Shown: piece after piece, positions 1-9,687 of the stretch
How the letters are laid out: each line of letters starts with the position of its first letter
Numbering within the stretch: the stretch's first letter is position 1
Source of the DNA: Deltaproteobacteria bacterium
GTDB taxonomy: Bacteria; SAR324; NAC60-12
Reading direction: 5' to 3'
Length of the DNA stretch: 37,496 nucleotides
NCBI GenBank assembly: GCA_038150265.1
Contig: JAYOTF010000012.1
Coordinates: forward strand, 45,254-82,749
Notes under the pieces: model-generated
Told to the model about the DNA's origin: nothing
Seen by the model: only the letters and a program-made list of their open reading frames with translations
Databases searched by the model: none
Program-made: the position numbers and the translations under genes

Positions 1-1480
1 CGGGTTCAGGCCTCGAGGGCACCGGCTCCGGAGGCGCAGGCACGGCCATGAACGCAGGCGTGGGGGTGGGCTCCACAGCGACCGCCGGTTCAGGCATCCG
101 TTCAGGCACGGGTTCGGGCACCGGTGTCACCAGAGGCCCTCCGGTTCGTTCCGAGAGCGGTTCCGGTTCGTCGGAAAGCTCTTCCGCCGGGAGGTCCGTC
201 AGGGGTCGAAATCCGCGGGGCTCCGTCACCTCTGGCACCCTGGGCGCTGGCGTGGAAGTCCGTGGGCTCTGCACCACCGTGTCATACAGCGCCCCAATTT
301 CCCGGTCATCGGGTTGCTCCGAGACATCAATCTCCACAGCAGGGTCCGAGTCGTCCAACATGAAATCGGCAGCAACGGGTTTGCGGAACCGCTCTTTGGG
401 TTCCGGAGGCTCCACCCGTGGAGCCGGAGTCGTGGGCTCATGCAGATCTCGGGGCGAAAGAGGCGTCAGGGGCTCCTTCTCTTGAGAACTGGAGGTGGTG
501 GGCACAACCGAGTCCTGACTGTCAAACCCGGTGGCAATGACGGTGATCATGATCTGCTCGCCCATGTCCGGATTGGTCGCCGCTCCCCAGATGATGACCG
601 CGTCTTCGTGTCCTTGCTGCTCGATGAAGCTGGAGGCCTCAGTGACCTCATGCAGGCTCATGGTCTCGTCTCCCACCACGTTGATGAGGATGCCGCGTGC
701 GCCTTGAATGCGGCAGTCACTCAGGAGCGGGCTGTGGATGGCCATCTCGGCCGCCTTGCGGGCGCGGTTTTCCCCACTCGCAATGCCGGTTCCCATCACG
801 GCCTTGCCCTTGTTCGCCATGACGGTCCGGACGTCGGCAAAGTCGAGGTTCACCATGCCGTCTCGGGTGATGAGGTCCGAGATGCCCTGAATGCCCTGAC
901 GCAGCACGTCATCAGCATAGCCAAAGGCCTCAATCATCGGGGTCCGCTTGCTGATCATTCCCAGGAGGTTGTTGTTGGGAATGACAATGAGCGAGTCCAC
1001 CTGATCCTTGAGGTCCATGACTCCACTGTCGGCCGCCTTGCGTCGCTTCCGGGCTTCAAACTCAAAGGGCAGGGTCACCACCCCAACGGTGAGGGCACCC
1101 AGTTCCCGGGCCACCTGAGCAATGACAGGCGCGCCTCCGGTTCCCGTTCCGCCACCCATTCCGGCAGTCACAAAGACCATGTCGGCTCCCTGCAGGGCTT
1201 CTCGGATCTGGTCCATGCTCTCCTGAGCAGCGGTGCGTCCCACCTCCGGTTTGGCGCCAGCGCCCAACCCGCGAGTGCTCTGATGCCCCAGCTGCAGCTT
1301 GCTCTTGGCGAGGGACTTGCGCAGGTCCTGGAGGTCGGTGTTGGCGGCAATGTACTCCACCCCATCCACCTGTTGCTGGATCATGCGGTTGATGGCATTG
1401 CCTCCCCCACCTCCGACTCCGACCACCTTGATGCTCGGCGCGTCGTCGCGGACGGGCTGGATTGAGGTGAAGCTTAGCAT
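1..1480 (-). CDS. ftsZ: Cell division protein FtsZ (partial, 3' end runs off the window start)
   Basis: Manual translation from the ATG at 1480 gives [34 protein letters not shown]..., the tubulin signature [24 protein letters not shown] and VIATGF, then a long Pro/Glu-rich linker. Directly downstream of ftsA. Absent from the ORF track because no stop lies in the window. Confidence 0.98.
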   Translation of the reverse strand, partial: MLSFTSIQPVRDDAPSIKVVGVGGGGGNAINRMIQQQVDGVEYIAANTDLQDLRKSLAKSKLQLGHQSTRGLGAGAKPEVGRTAAQESMDQIREALQGADMVFVTAGMGGGTGTGGAPVIAQVARELGALTVGVVTLPFEFEARKRRKAADSGVMDLKDQVDSLIVIPNNNLLGMISKRTPMIEAFGYADDVLRQGIQGISDLITRDGMVNLDFADVRTVMANKGKAVMGTGIASGENRARKAAEMAIHSPLLSDCRIQGARGILINVVGDETMSLHEVTEASSFIEQQGHEDAVIIWGAATNPDMGEQIMITVIATGFDSQDSVVPTTSSSQEKEPLTPLSPRDLHEPTTPAPRVEPPEPKERFRKPVAADFMLDDSDPAVEIDVSEQPDDREIGALYDTVVQSPRTSTPAPRVPEVTEPRGFRPLTDLPAEELSDEPEPLSERTGGPLVTPVPEPVPERMPEPAVAVEPTPTPAFMAVPAPPEPVPSRPEP

Positions 1481-1505
1481 AGGCGAGTTAGCGGGCTGAG
1501 GTTGG

Positions 1506-2744
1506 TCAAAAGAATTCTTTGAGGACATCCTTCATCCGACGGGAAACACGGTGGAACAGGTTGGTTTCGTCACCTCCGAAAATCGGGCGACCATAGTTGT
1601 TGTTGATGCCGTACCGCACCAGGCCAACGCTGGTGGCATACTTGGGGGAGTAAATCAGTTCATGCAGGCCTGCAATGTTTTCCGGGAAGCCCACCCGCAC
1701 CGGCAGCCCCAGAATCTGGGCGCCCAGGCGATCGGCCCCAGGCATGATGCAGGTGCCTCCGGTGATCACGACTCCGGACGCCATCAGGTTGCGGTACGGG
1801 GTCTTCTCAACCTCCTGAGCAATCAGCTCAAAGATTTCCTGAAAGCGGGCCTCAATGACTTCGGCCAGGACCTTCTTCTTCATTCCGCGGGTGTTGCGTC
1901 CGCCGACACCCGGCACCTGGATTTCTTCGGATTCGGAGACTTCACTGGAGAGGGCGATGCCATGGGCGTGCTTGATCTCTTCGGCTTCCGCCAGCGGCGT
2001 TCCGAGACCAATCGCAATGTCGTGGGTGAGGTGGTTGCCGCCGAGCGCCAGCACGGCCGTGTGGACGATGCTGCCTTCGGAGTAGATCGTGATGTCGGTG
2101 GTGCCGCCACCAATGTCAATGAGGATCACCCCCACTTCCTGCTCATCCGGACTCAGAACCGCCTGGCTGGACGCCAGCGGCTCGAGGACAATGTCTTCCA
2201 CATCCAGACCGGCCTGGTTGCAGCACTTGATGATGTTCTGAGCAGAGGTGACGGATCCTGTCACGATGTGGACGTTGACCTCCAGGCGAGCAGCCGCCAT
2301 TCCCAGTGGGTTCTGCACCCCGTCCTGATCGTCCACAATGAACTCCTGGGGGAGGATGTGGAGCACCTCGCGGTCACTCTGAATGAGCACCTGGGCCGCA
2401 TCAATCACCCGCCGGATGTCGTCTTCGGTCACGGTTCGGCTGTAGACCGTGACCATCCCCCGGCTGTTCTGCCCCCGGATGTGATGCCCGGCAATTCCGG
2501 CATAGACGGAGTGAATCTGCTGACCACACATCAGCTCACACTCCTCAATCGCCTTCTTGATCGACTTGACCGTCTTTTCGATGTTGACGACCACCCCCTT
2601 GCGGAGCCCTTCCGACTTGGCCGTCCCCACGCCAATGATGTTCAGCGGTTCGCGCGAATCAGCTTCTGCTGCAATTGCACAGATCTTGGTGGTGCCTATG
2701 TCCAAGCCAACCACGAGGTTGCTGCTTCTACTTTTTGGGGGCAT
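1506..2744 (-). CDS. ftsA: Cell division protein FtsA
   Basis: [20 protein letters not shown] and VITGG actin-fold motifs; C-terminal amphipathic helix [17 protein letters not shown]; adjacent to ftsZ. Confidence 0.98.
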   Translation of the reverse strand: MPPKSRSSNLVVGLDIGTTKICAIAAEADSREPLNIIGVGTAKSEGLRKGVVVNIEKTVKSIKKAIEECELMCGQQIHSVYAGIAGHHIRGQNSRGMVTVYSRTVTEDDIRRVIDAAQVLIQSDREVLHILPQEFIVDDQDGVQNPLGMAAARLEVNVHIVTGSVTSAQNIIKCCNQAGLDVEDIVLEPLASSQAVLSPDEQEVGVILIDIGGGTTDITIYSEGSIVHTAVLALGGNHLTHDIAIGLGTPLAEAEEIKHAHGIALSSEVSESEEIQVPGVGGRNTRGMKKKVLAEVIEARFQEIFELIAQEVEKTPYRNLMASGVVITGGTCIMPGADRLGAQILGLPVRVGFPENIAGLHELIYSPKYATSVGLVRYGINNNYGRPIFGGDETNLFHRVSRRMKDVLKEFF

Positions 2745-2819
2745 CCATGCTACTCGAATGGAGGGATCAAGGAGGGATTTTCGGCCAACTTCCTAACTTC
2801 CATGTCTGGCGTGCGGACC

Positions 2820-3035
2820 TGATTGAATGAAAAAGATATAGGCTATCGAAACTAGTTGTAAATCCTTGCCTATTGATTGTCAAACGATATTTGGTCAATC
2901 ATACAGGCGCTGTTTCCTAGCCTTAACGGGTAGGGAGTCTATATAATTTCCAGACTGTTGCCTAGGAAAAAATGAGGGTTTTTGAAAAATTGTATTTTTA
3001 ATCAAATTTGGATTTTTTCAGAAATAGGCTCACTT
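2820..3035 (-). promoter_or_regulatory. AT-rich upstream region of ftsA-ftsZ with candidate sigma70 elements
   Basis: Sharp AT-rich island. Minus-strand TTGACA at 2883-2878, then a 17-nt spacer and TACAAC (weak -10). Alternative TAGGCA-N17-TAGACT at 2964-2936. Imperfect inverted repeat at 2868-2908. Confidence 0.4.
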
Positions 3036-4895
3036 TCAGGCCCAATCCGGAGGCAGAGCCCGGTGCAGCAGGGGCCGTGTGAGGGCTCCGAGCGAAAACT
3101 GCTGTGAGCCGTCCACCCCCAGATGATCCGGACTGAGCCACTGCTGAAAGGCTTGCTGGATCAGGGGCCAATCACGATCGGTCAACCCGAACCACGCGGT
3201 GTCCCGGTTCCGTCCCTTGTAGGTCACAGCCTGGCGAAAAATCCCTTCAAACGAGAACCCAAACCGCTGCGCTGCCCGACAGGACCGAACGTTGAGGGCA
3301 TCGCACTTCCACTCAAAACGGCGGTACCCCAACGCGAACACCTGCTCCATCATCAAGTAGATCGCTTCGGTCGCAATCGGAGTCCGCTGCAACGCCGGGG
3401 AGAAGCTGACGTGCCCGACTTCAACGGAGCCGGCCGTTGGGTTGATGCGCAGGTAGGTTGCCACGCCCACGGCTTTTCCGGAGGCCTGGCTGACCAGCGC
3501 AAAGAAGAGCGGGTCTTCTGAGCCCGAAACGGATTCGAGCCACGTGCAATAAGCCGCCTCATCGGCAAAGGGGCCATACGGCAGGTAGGTCCACATCGCT
3601 CCGTCGGCATCTTCAGCATATGCCTCATACAGCTCAGAGGCATGACGCGCCAGGTCCAGCGGCTCCACACGGCAAAACCGTCCTTCCAGAATCCGGCGCT
3701 CCGGAAACGGCGGGGGCGTCCACCCTTCCAGCGGAAAGCCCACGGGCTGATCGTGCTCATTGAGCGCATCTTCCGGGTTGCCCCGGGCGAAACGCCGGCG
3801 TTCCAGCCACCACCCGTACTGAGGGGGCCAGCTGGCAAAGTGGTCCCCTTCCAGCTGCTGCTGAGCCATCCGGGGCCACGAAGGTTGATACAGCGCCTCT
3901 CGTGCGAGTGCGACCAGATCCGCCTGCCCGGAACGCAGGATGCTCTCGGCCTGTTGGGCGCTCACAATCAGGCCCACCGCCTGCGTGGCCAGCTCGGCTT
4001 CCTCCCGAATGGTCTGGGCGTAGGGTACCTGAAAGCCCCGTTTCGGAACCTGGCCACTTGCGGTCGCCGCTCCAGCAATGCCCCGAGAAGAGCAATCGAT
4101 CACATCCACCCCCCGCTTCTTCAGCTCCCGAGCAAGCGCCACAGAATCTTCCAGCGACCACCCGCCTTCCATGCCATCCACAGCCGAGACGCGGAAAAAC
4201 AGCGGCAGCGACTCCGGCCACACCTTCCGGACGGCTTCCGTCACTTCCAGCGCCAGGCGCATGCGGTTGGTCCGCGAACCTCCGTAGGCATCGGTCCGCT
4301 GGTTCGAGAGGGGAGAGAGAAAGCTGTGGAGCAGGTAGCCATGAGCCCCATGAATTTCCGCCACCTCAAATCCAGCCGTGTGGGCATGAACGGCAGCGGC
4401 GGCAAAGGTGGCCACAAGCTGCTCAATTTCCGGGACCTCCAACTCATGCGGCACCAGCCACCCGGGCGCAACTGGAACCGCACTGGGCGCCACCGTGTTC
4501 CAGGGCTGATCGCCCCGCGCCAGGTCAGCGGCTCCGAGCGGGCCATTGCCAAACCACGGACGCTGCATGCTCGCCTTCCGGCCGGCGTGTCCCAGCTGGA
4601 TCCCTGGCGTGGCGCCCTGCTGCTTCAGAAAGCGGGTCACCCGCTGCAGGGCCTGAGCATGTGCCTCCGACCAGATTCCCAGGTCCCCGTGCGTGATGCG
4701 CCCCTCCGGACCCACCGCTGCGGCCTCCGTAAACACCAACCCCGCGCCACCGAGGGCAAACTGAGACAGGTGCGCAAAGTGCCAGTCGTTTGCCAGCCCT
4801 TCTTCGGCGGCATACTGGCACATGGGAGAAATGACCACGCGATTGCGCAGGGTGACCCCTCGGAGCGTGAGCGGGCGAAACAAATGGGCAGGCAT
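3036..4895 (-). CDS. NADH:flavin oxidoreductase (Old Yellow Enzyme, YqjM/XenA-like) fused to a C-terminal RimJ/RimL-type GNAT acetyltransferase
   Basis: N-part: NRVVISPMCQY, QLGHAGRKAS, EIHGAHGYLLHSFLSPLSNQRTDAYGGS, PQYGWW. C-part (about the last 240 aa): NEHDQPVG...LEGRFCRVEPL, EVGHV, LGYRRFEWKCDALN..S.RAAQRFGF.FEG.FRQ, KGRNRDTAWF. Confidence 0.9.
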   Translation of the reverse strand: MPAHLFRPLTLRGVTLRNRVVISPMCQYAAEEGLANDWHFAHLSQFALGGAGLVFTEAAAVGPEGRITHGDLGIWSEAHAQALQRVTRFLKQQGATPGIQLGHAGRKASMQRPWFGNGPLGAADLARGDQPWNTVAPSAVPVAPGWLVPHELEVPEIEQLVATFAAAAVHAHTAGFEVAEIHGAHGYLLHSFLSPLSNQRTDAYGGSRTNRMRLALEVTEAVRKVWPESLPLFFRVSAVDGMEGGWSLEDSVALARELKKRGVDVIDCSSRGIAGAATASGQVPKRGFQVPYAQTIREEAELATQAVGLIVSAQQAESILRSGQADLVALAREALYQPSWPRMAQQQLEGDHFASWPPQYGWWLERRRFARGNPEDALNEHDQPVGFPLEGWTPPPFPERRILEGRFCRVEPLDLARHASELYEAYAEDADGAMWTYLPYGPFADEAAYCTWLESVSGSEDPLFFALVSQASGKAVGVATYLRINPTAGSVEVGHVSFSPALQRTPIATEAIYLMMEQVFALGYRRFEWKCDALNVRSCRAAQRFGFSFEGIFRQAVTYKGRNRDTAWFGLTDRDWPLIQQAFQQWLSPDHLGVDGSQQFSLGALTRPLLHRALPPDWA

Positions 4896-5135
4896 AGCGA
4901 GCTTTCCGTCAAAAGGAGAGAAACCAGCGGGCCGCCCCCGTCTTTCCAGACGGGTTCGCTGGAACCGGCCTCAGCTGTGCGATCAATCGTAAAAACGAAG
5001 GGGCACGAAGCAAGTGTTTTTCCAAGGTCCCCTGAAAATGACTGGTTCCCTACTCCCTCGCCATTACACTGGATGCCTCCGGAGGAACCCACCCACTCCT
5101 GAACCCTGATCCTGCTGAACCGCTTTTTTGACGAC

Positions 5136-6848
5136 ATGACCGCCCCTCTCGAATTTCCCTTCACAGCAATCGTTGGCCGCGACCTGGCCAAACGCTCCCT
5201 GCTTTACCATGCCGTTGCGCCCCAGCTCGGAGGCACCGTGCTGATGGGACACCGCGGGTGTGCCAAAAGCACCCTCGTTCGCGCCTTCCGGGAGCTCCTT
5301 CCGCCTGACAGCGGACACGGCGAGGCCCCCTTTCAGGAGGTGCCGCTGGGCGCAACGGAAGACCGCCTGCTTGGCTCCGTCGATGCCGCCCACCTGACCA
5401 CCACCGGTACCTGGCGCCGGCAGCACGGCCTGCTCGAACAGGCACACCAGGGGGTGCTTTACATTGACGAAGTGAACCTGCTTCCGGATCACCTCGTGGA
5501 CGTGATTCTGGATGCCGCTGCCAGTGGGCGCTACCACCTTGAGCGTGACGGCCTCTCTGCGCACATCGAGTCGCGCTTCATCCTCATTGGCACCATGAAT
5601 CCGGAGGAAGGTGACCTGCGTCCGCAGCTGCTGGACCGCTTCACCCATGGGGTGTGGATCCACGACCACTACACGCCGGAGGAGCGACGCGAAATCGTCC
5701 GGGCCCGGATGGCCTTCGAAGACGACCCCCTTGGCTTCCGGAAGGAACACGAGCCGCACCTCCAGCGCCTCCGGGCCCAGATCGGGGAAGCACGGACGCG
5801 CCTGAAGGAAGTCGCCATTGCCGAAGAGGTCCGAGCCGCTGTCGCCGAACGCGCGGCAACCTTGCAGCTCGAAGGCGTCCGGGCCGAGCTGGGGGTGCTC
5901 CGAACCGCGCGCTGTGCGGCTGCGTGGAGAGGCGCTCTGGAGGTCAGCCTGGAGGATGTTGCTGAAGGCTGGGAGCTGTGCCTGGGGCATCGCCTGCCTC
6001 CGGAGGCTGGTTCTCCCCCACCGCCACCGACTTCTGCCCCCGAACCGTCCTCGTCGCCCCAGTCGGCTCCGGCTTCGAACGCACAAACCGCGGCCGCACC
6101 AAAGGCGTCCAACGCCACACCGTTTCAGATTGAGCCCGTCCCGGCGCCGTCGGTTTCCCCCTTGCAGGAGTGGTGGCAGCGTTCGCCGCAGCCGCCCAAA
6201 CGCGCCTCGCTTGTGATGGGCACCGCCCGCCCAGCCTCAACTCCGGAGGCACACACGCGTTTGGACTGGCCCCGGACCCTGCTGGAGTCGCGCAAGCAGG
6301 GCTGGACCGCCGGCACCGCGCTCACGCTGCAGTACCGACGCCTGGAGCGACGCCCGCACCTGTGGCTGTTTCTGGACGCCAGCCGTTCCACCGGAGCGCT
6401 CCGGTTTCTCGGGAAGGCCCTGGCCGCGCTGCAAACGCTTCCACTGCGTTCCTCGGCCCACCGTTTTCAGGTCCTGCTGCTTCAGGACAGTCAGGTGTCC
6501 TGGGCCCTGAAGCGCGGGACGGCCTCGAGCGCCCTTGGGCTGCTGCGCCACCTGCAGCAGGCGTCGGGCAAGAGCCTCTTGCACCACTCGCTCGACACCC
6601 TGCACCACGCCGTGCAACGCGCCGGCGCGCTTCCTCGAGATCGCGTGCTGATCTGCAGCGATGGGCTCTTCACTCCCGGAAACGCCTCGCTGGCGCACGA
6701 GAAGCAGCGGCTGCGGCAACGCCTGCAACGCCTCAGCGACCTCCTTCCGGAAATCGCCTGGCTGCACCCAGCGCCAAAGCGCGGACTCGCCCGCTGGCTC
6801 GTGGACCTCACGGACGGGACCGCGGTGCAGCGGATTCAGCTGTCGTAG
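5136..6848 (+). CDS. Magnesium/cobalt chelatase ChlI/ChlD-like AAA+ ATPase with Pro-rich linker and C-terminal vWA domain
   Basis: FPFTAIVG, Walker A GHRGCAKST, PLGATEDRLLGS, LYIDEVNLLPDHLVD, GTMNPEEGDLRPQLLDRF; polyproline linker; vWA-like LFLDASRS and ICSDG. Confidence 0.88.
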   Translation: MTAPLEFPFTAIVGRDLAKRSLLYHAVAPQLGGTVLMGHRGCAKSTLVRAFRELLPPDSGHGEAPFQEVPLGATEDRLLGSVDAAHLTTTGTWRRQHGLLEQAHQGVLYIDEVNLLPDHLVDVILDAAASGRYHLERDGLSAHIESRFILIGTMNPEEGDLRPQLLDRFTHGVWIHDHYTPEERREIVRARMAFEDDPLGFRKEHEPHLQRLRAQIGEARTRLKEVAIAEEVRAAVAERAATLQLEGVRAELGVLRTARCAAAWRGALEVSLEDVAEGWELCLGHRLPPEAGSPPPPPTSAPEPSSSPQSAPASNAQTAAAPKASNATPFQIEPVPAPSVSPLQEWWQRSPQPPKRASLVMGTARPASTPEAHTRLDWPRTLLESRKQGWTAGTALTLQYRRLERRPHLWLFLDASRSTGALRFLGKALAALQTLPLRSSAHRFQVLLLQDSQVSWALKRGTASSALGLLRHLQQASGKSLLHHSLDTLHHAVQRAGALPRDRVLICSDGLFTPGNASLAHEKQRLRQRLQRLSDLLPEIAWLHPAPKRGLARWLVDLTDGTAVQRIQLS

Positions 6849-6861
6849 AGAACAGACCGGC

Positions 6862-7428
6862 TCAGTCGAAGCGCAGGCGCCCCAACTCCTGAAACGAGGT
6901 GCCCGTTGGCTGGAGGATCACGGCCTCTCCGGAGGCGACTCCTCGGCGAGTCAGAGCCGTGATGTTGACCTGGTGTGTGACCAGAATGAGGTTCCCGGCC
7001 CCCGCGTAGGCCACCGCTCGCTCGCGGACCTCTCGGGTTTGGGCTTCTCGGGTGGAGTAGTCGTCAAAGAAGGAATTGAGCGCCGGCCAGAGTTCGTAGC
7101 GCCCAAACGCCAGCTCAGCCGTCTCGTAACACCGGCACCATTCGCTGGAGAGGACGGTTTCCACGGGCACCGACTCTGCTCGGAAGCGCGCGCCCATTCT
7201 CCGGGACTGCTCCTTCCCGTCTTCCGAGAGGTACCGTTGGCTCTGGCAATTGTCGAGGGAGTAACCAGCAGGGTCTCCAATGCCGGAAATCGTTCGGGCG
7301 TGGCGGATCAGGACCACCTTTCCTCCTTCTCGGAGGGCGTCCCAGGTGGCGGCTTCTGAAGCCCAACTGACCGAGGTCGTCAGCAGGGCAATCAGCAGGA
7401 AGAGGAGGCGGGCGGGCTTCATGGGCAA
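6862..7428 (-). CDS. Exported histidine phosphatase family protein
   Basis: Signal-peptide-like N-terminus (RLLFLLIALLTTSVSWA); LIRHA, SSEWCRCYETA and LVTHQVNI motifs. The start could be 7422. Confidence 0.82.
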   Translation of the reverse strand: MPMKPARLLFLLIALLTTSVSWASEAATWDALREGGKVVLIRHARTISGIGDPAGYSLDNCQSQRYLSEDGKEQSRRMGARFRAESVPVETVLSSEWCRCYETAELAFGRYELWPALNSFFDDYSTREAQTREVRERAVAYAGAGNLILVTHQVNITALTRRGVASGEAVILQPTGTSFQELGRLRFD

Positions 7429-7470
7429 CTCACGACGGGGGTTCAGCAGTTTCCGGAAGCCCCCGAGGCG

Positions 7471-9666
7471 TCAGTAAATGCGGCGGAGCTCTTCCAGGTG
7501 TTCCAGCAACTTCCAACGGAGGATGGGAATTTCCTTGAGCATCTCCACATCCGGAAAGTGAAACACGCGGGCCTCTGGCGAGACCGACACTTCCAGGTCG
7601 CTCGGACGCTGCAGGATGGAGCCTTCGCCCCAGAACGCGCCCGGCAGGAGCGGATGCAGGACCTTGCCCCTTCGCTTCAGCTCGGCTCCCCCGCGCTGCA
7701 GGACCTTCAGGCCCGGAACCTCCATGAGCGCGTTCCCGGTCACCAGCTGGGCCTGATTGGCCAGCTTGAGCTGAATCGGATAGGAAATCCCTTCTCCCAG
7801 AATGGAAGTTTCCATCATGAAGTCAATCACATTCTGGAACTTCTGGATCTGCGGGTAGATGCGGTTGCGGTTGACAAACTCCCGGTAGAGGTCGGCAGGA
7901 ATCGCCAGGGTTTCGAGGTGGCTGAAGGCCCGGTAGGTTCCCTGGTTCCGGCCTCGGAACAGCGCCCAGAGGTCTCCGATGAGGGAGCCGCTGGAGAGCA
8001 GGCGCACGGAGTGGTCGTGGGCCCGGATGTATTCGGCGTTTCCAGTGAGCAGCAGGTGCACAAAGGCTGGGGTTTCGTTGTTCTTCAACATGATCTCACC
8101 CGCACTGAAGCGCTGGCGTTCGCAGTTGAGGAGCATCTGCAGGTCATGCTGCGGGATCGTCGGGTAGAAGATCTTCAGGTAGTTGTTGGCCTGCTCCAGG
8201 ATGTAGTCCTGGGTGCCCGGGATGAGGACATCGATGCTGCCGAAAGCCGCCTCGGAGCCAATTTCCTTCTGGTTGGGCTTCAGGCGTTCCGCGGTATGAG
8301 CCAGGATGATCTTGTCTGATGGATCGTCCCGGAAGTCCTCGGCCATTCCGTGGATGATGCCCCCCCCCACGTCGATCTTCTTGAGGTCCGCGTGGACGTG
8401 GTAGTGCTTGAGGGTGGTCTCCAGAAACTCCTGGCTGATGCCGGGTTTTTGCGGATCATCGGTTTGCATCTTCTGCAGCACCTCCACCGAGGCAATGTCT
8501 GCCAGGTGCGCATAGGAGACGTAGCCCTCGCTCCACAACGCTCGAAAGTGAAGCACATTGGTCTCCACCGGATGGGGCGAAAAGATCGGCATCACCTCCA
8601 GGCCCTGGATGTCGTTCCAGTGGTCGAACTGCAGGTCGTGCACCTCAAAGAACTCCTCAAACTCGCCCTCATTGAGCGTCATCAGCGCCGACAGCTTCCG
8701 GGTGACGGACTCCCGGACCAGCGGGGTTGCGTAGTACTTGATGCGGTGATCGGCCCGGATCAGGGTGGTGAGCCCGGCAAAGTGGTCATCGTGAGTGTGG
8801 GTGTGGAAGATGCCTTCAATTTCGTTGGTGCTGATGCCCATGGCATTGAGGCTGTGGTCAATGTTGGGGCCGGCATCAATGAGGTAGATTTTGCCCTGAA
8901 AGCAGACGATGCTCCCCATGCAGGGCCGATTGATGTCCCAGCCATCGCCCTCTCCCGTATGGACCACCGAAAAGTACTGGCGCTCAAAGCGGTGAGATCC
9001 GAGTTCATAAGGCGTGGCATAGTTCTCATGGGGCTCCAGGTTGAGGTCCACCACCTCGGAGGCGCCCTGGTAACGAAACTCGTACCGGTTCGTCTCCAGC
9101 CGCACCACCACCACCCCCTGGCCAATGTCGGTGGCCTGGTCGCCCACGACACGGGCTTCCAGCAGCTCCTCGCTGGGATGAATGACTCCAAAGGCAAACC
9201 ACAGCTTCATGCGCAGCATCGCCTCGGCCTCCTGCTCCGTGGCCCCACTGGCCATGATCTCCTCAAGAGACGTCAGGCCGTAGTTGCCCCGGTAGATGTA
9301 GTTCATCTGCGCCTTCACCACATCTTCCTGACCAATGAGAATGGGCTTGGAACCGTTGTTGTTGGGGTGTCCAGGCAAGAGCATGCCCTGCCGGTAAAGC
9401 ATCTGCAGCACCGGAAACTCTCCAAGGTTCGTGAAGTTGCCCTTCTGGATCGGCAGGTCCGACAGCAAAATCGCATTTGGGCCGGTCTCGCAGCTCACCC
9501 CCTTCACCGTGTGGCTGCGGATCAGCTTCTCACGCATCAGGTGCTTGACGCAGTCCGCAGGGCAGCCGCAGAGAATCCGTAGGTCAGCCTCTGGGACCTC
9601 TAACCAGACGATCCCCGGTGCCACGTAGTTTTTAATGATTTTCCCCATCCGTTTCCATCTCATCAA
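7471..9666 (-). CDS. Metallo-beta-lactamase-fold hydrolase with C-terminal cyclic-nucleotide-binding domain(s)
   Basis: LIDAGP, HTHTHDDHFAG (HxHxDH) and SPHPVETN; C-terminal cNMP/Crp-like segments (VHLLLTGNAEY...GSLIGD; PGAFWGE). Alternative start at 9648. Confidence 0.8.
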   Translation of the reverse strand: MMRWKRMGKIIKNYVAPGIVWLEVPEADLRILCGCPADCVKHLMREKLIRSHTVKGVSCETGPNAILLSDLPIQKGNFTNLGEFPVLQMLYRQGMLLPGHPNNNGSKPILIGQEDVVKAQMNYIYRGNYGLTSLEEIMASGATEQEAEAMLRMKLWFAFGVIHPSEELLEARVVGDQATDIGQGVVVVRLETNRYEFRYQGASEVVDLNLEPHENYATPYELGSHRFERQYFSVVHTGEGDGWDINRPCMGSIVCFQGKIYLIDAGPNIDHSLNAMGISTNEIEGIFHTHTHDDHFAGLTTLIRADHRIKYYATPLVRESVTRKLSALMTLNEGEFEEFFEVHDLQFDHWNDIQGLEVMPIFSPHPVETNVLHFRALWSEGYVSYAHLADIASVEVLQKMQTDDPQKPGISQEFLETTLKHYHVHADLKKIDVGGGIIHGMAEDFRDDPSDKIILAHTAERLKPNQKEIGSEAAFGSIDVLIPGTQDYILEQANNYLKIFYPTIPQHDLQMLLNCERQRFSAGEIMLKNNETPAFVHLLLTGNAEYIRAHDHSVRLLSSGSLIGDLWALFRGRNQGTYRAFSHLETLAIPADLYREFVNRNRIYPQIQKFQNVIDFMMETSILGEGISYPIQLKLANQAQLVTGNALMEVPGLKVLQRGGAELKRRGKVLHPLLPGAFWGEGSILQRPSDLEVSVSPEARVFHFPDVEMLKEIPILRWKLLEHLEELRRIY

Positions 9667-9687
9667 AAAATCAATCTGTCCGGAAAC

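Noticed and set aside
2750..2803. Short minus-strand ORF MEVRKLAENPSLIPPFE just upstream of ftsA, considered as an ftsQ remnant or leader peptide
   Set aside because: There is an in-frame stop shortly upstream, no convincing FtsQ similarity and no clear RBS.
314..2822. Long plus-strand ORFs (314-1465, 1551-2822) opposite ftsZ/ftsA, and similar antisense ORFs elsewhere (e.g. 3642-5102, 16444-17829, 22506-23837, 31590-33218, 35722-37233)
   Set aside because: Shadow ORFs expected in GC-rich DNA with strong codon bias. They have no recognisable motifs and overlap well-supported genes.
5136..6848. Interpretation of the chelatase subunit as evidence for (bacterio)chlorophyll synthesis
   Set aside because: ChlI/D-like proteins are widespread in non-phototrophs, and no other photosynthesis gene is present.
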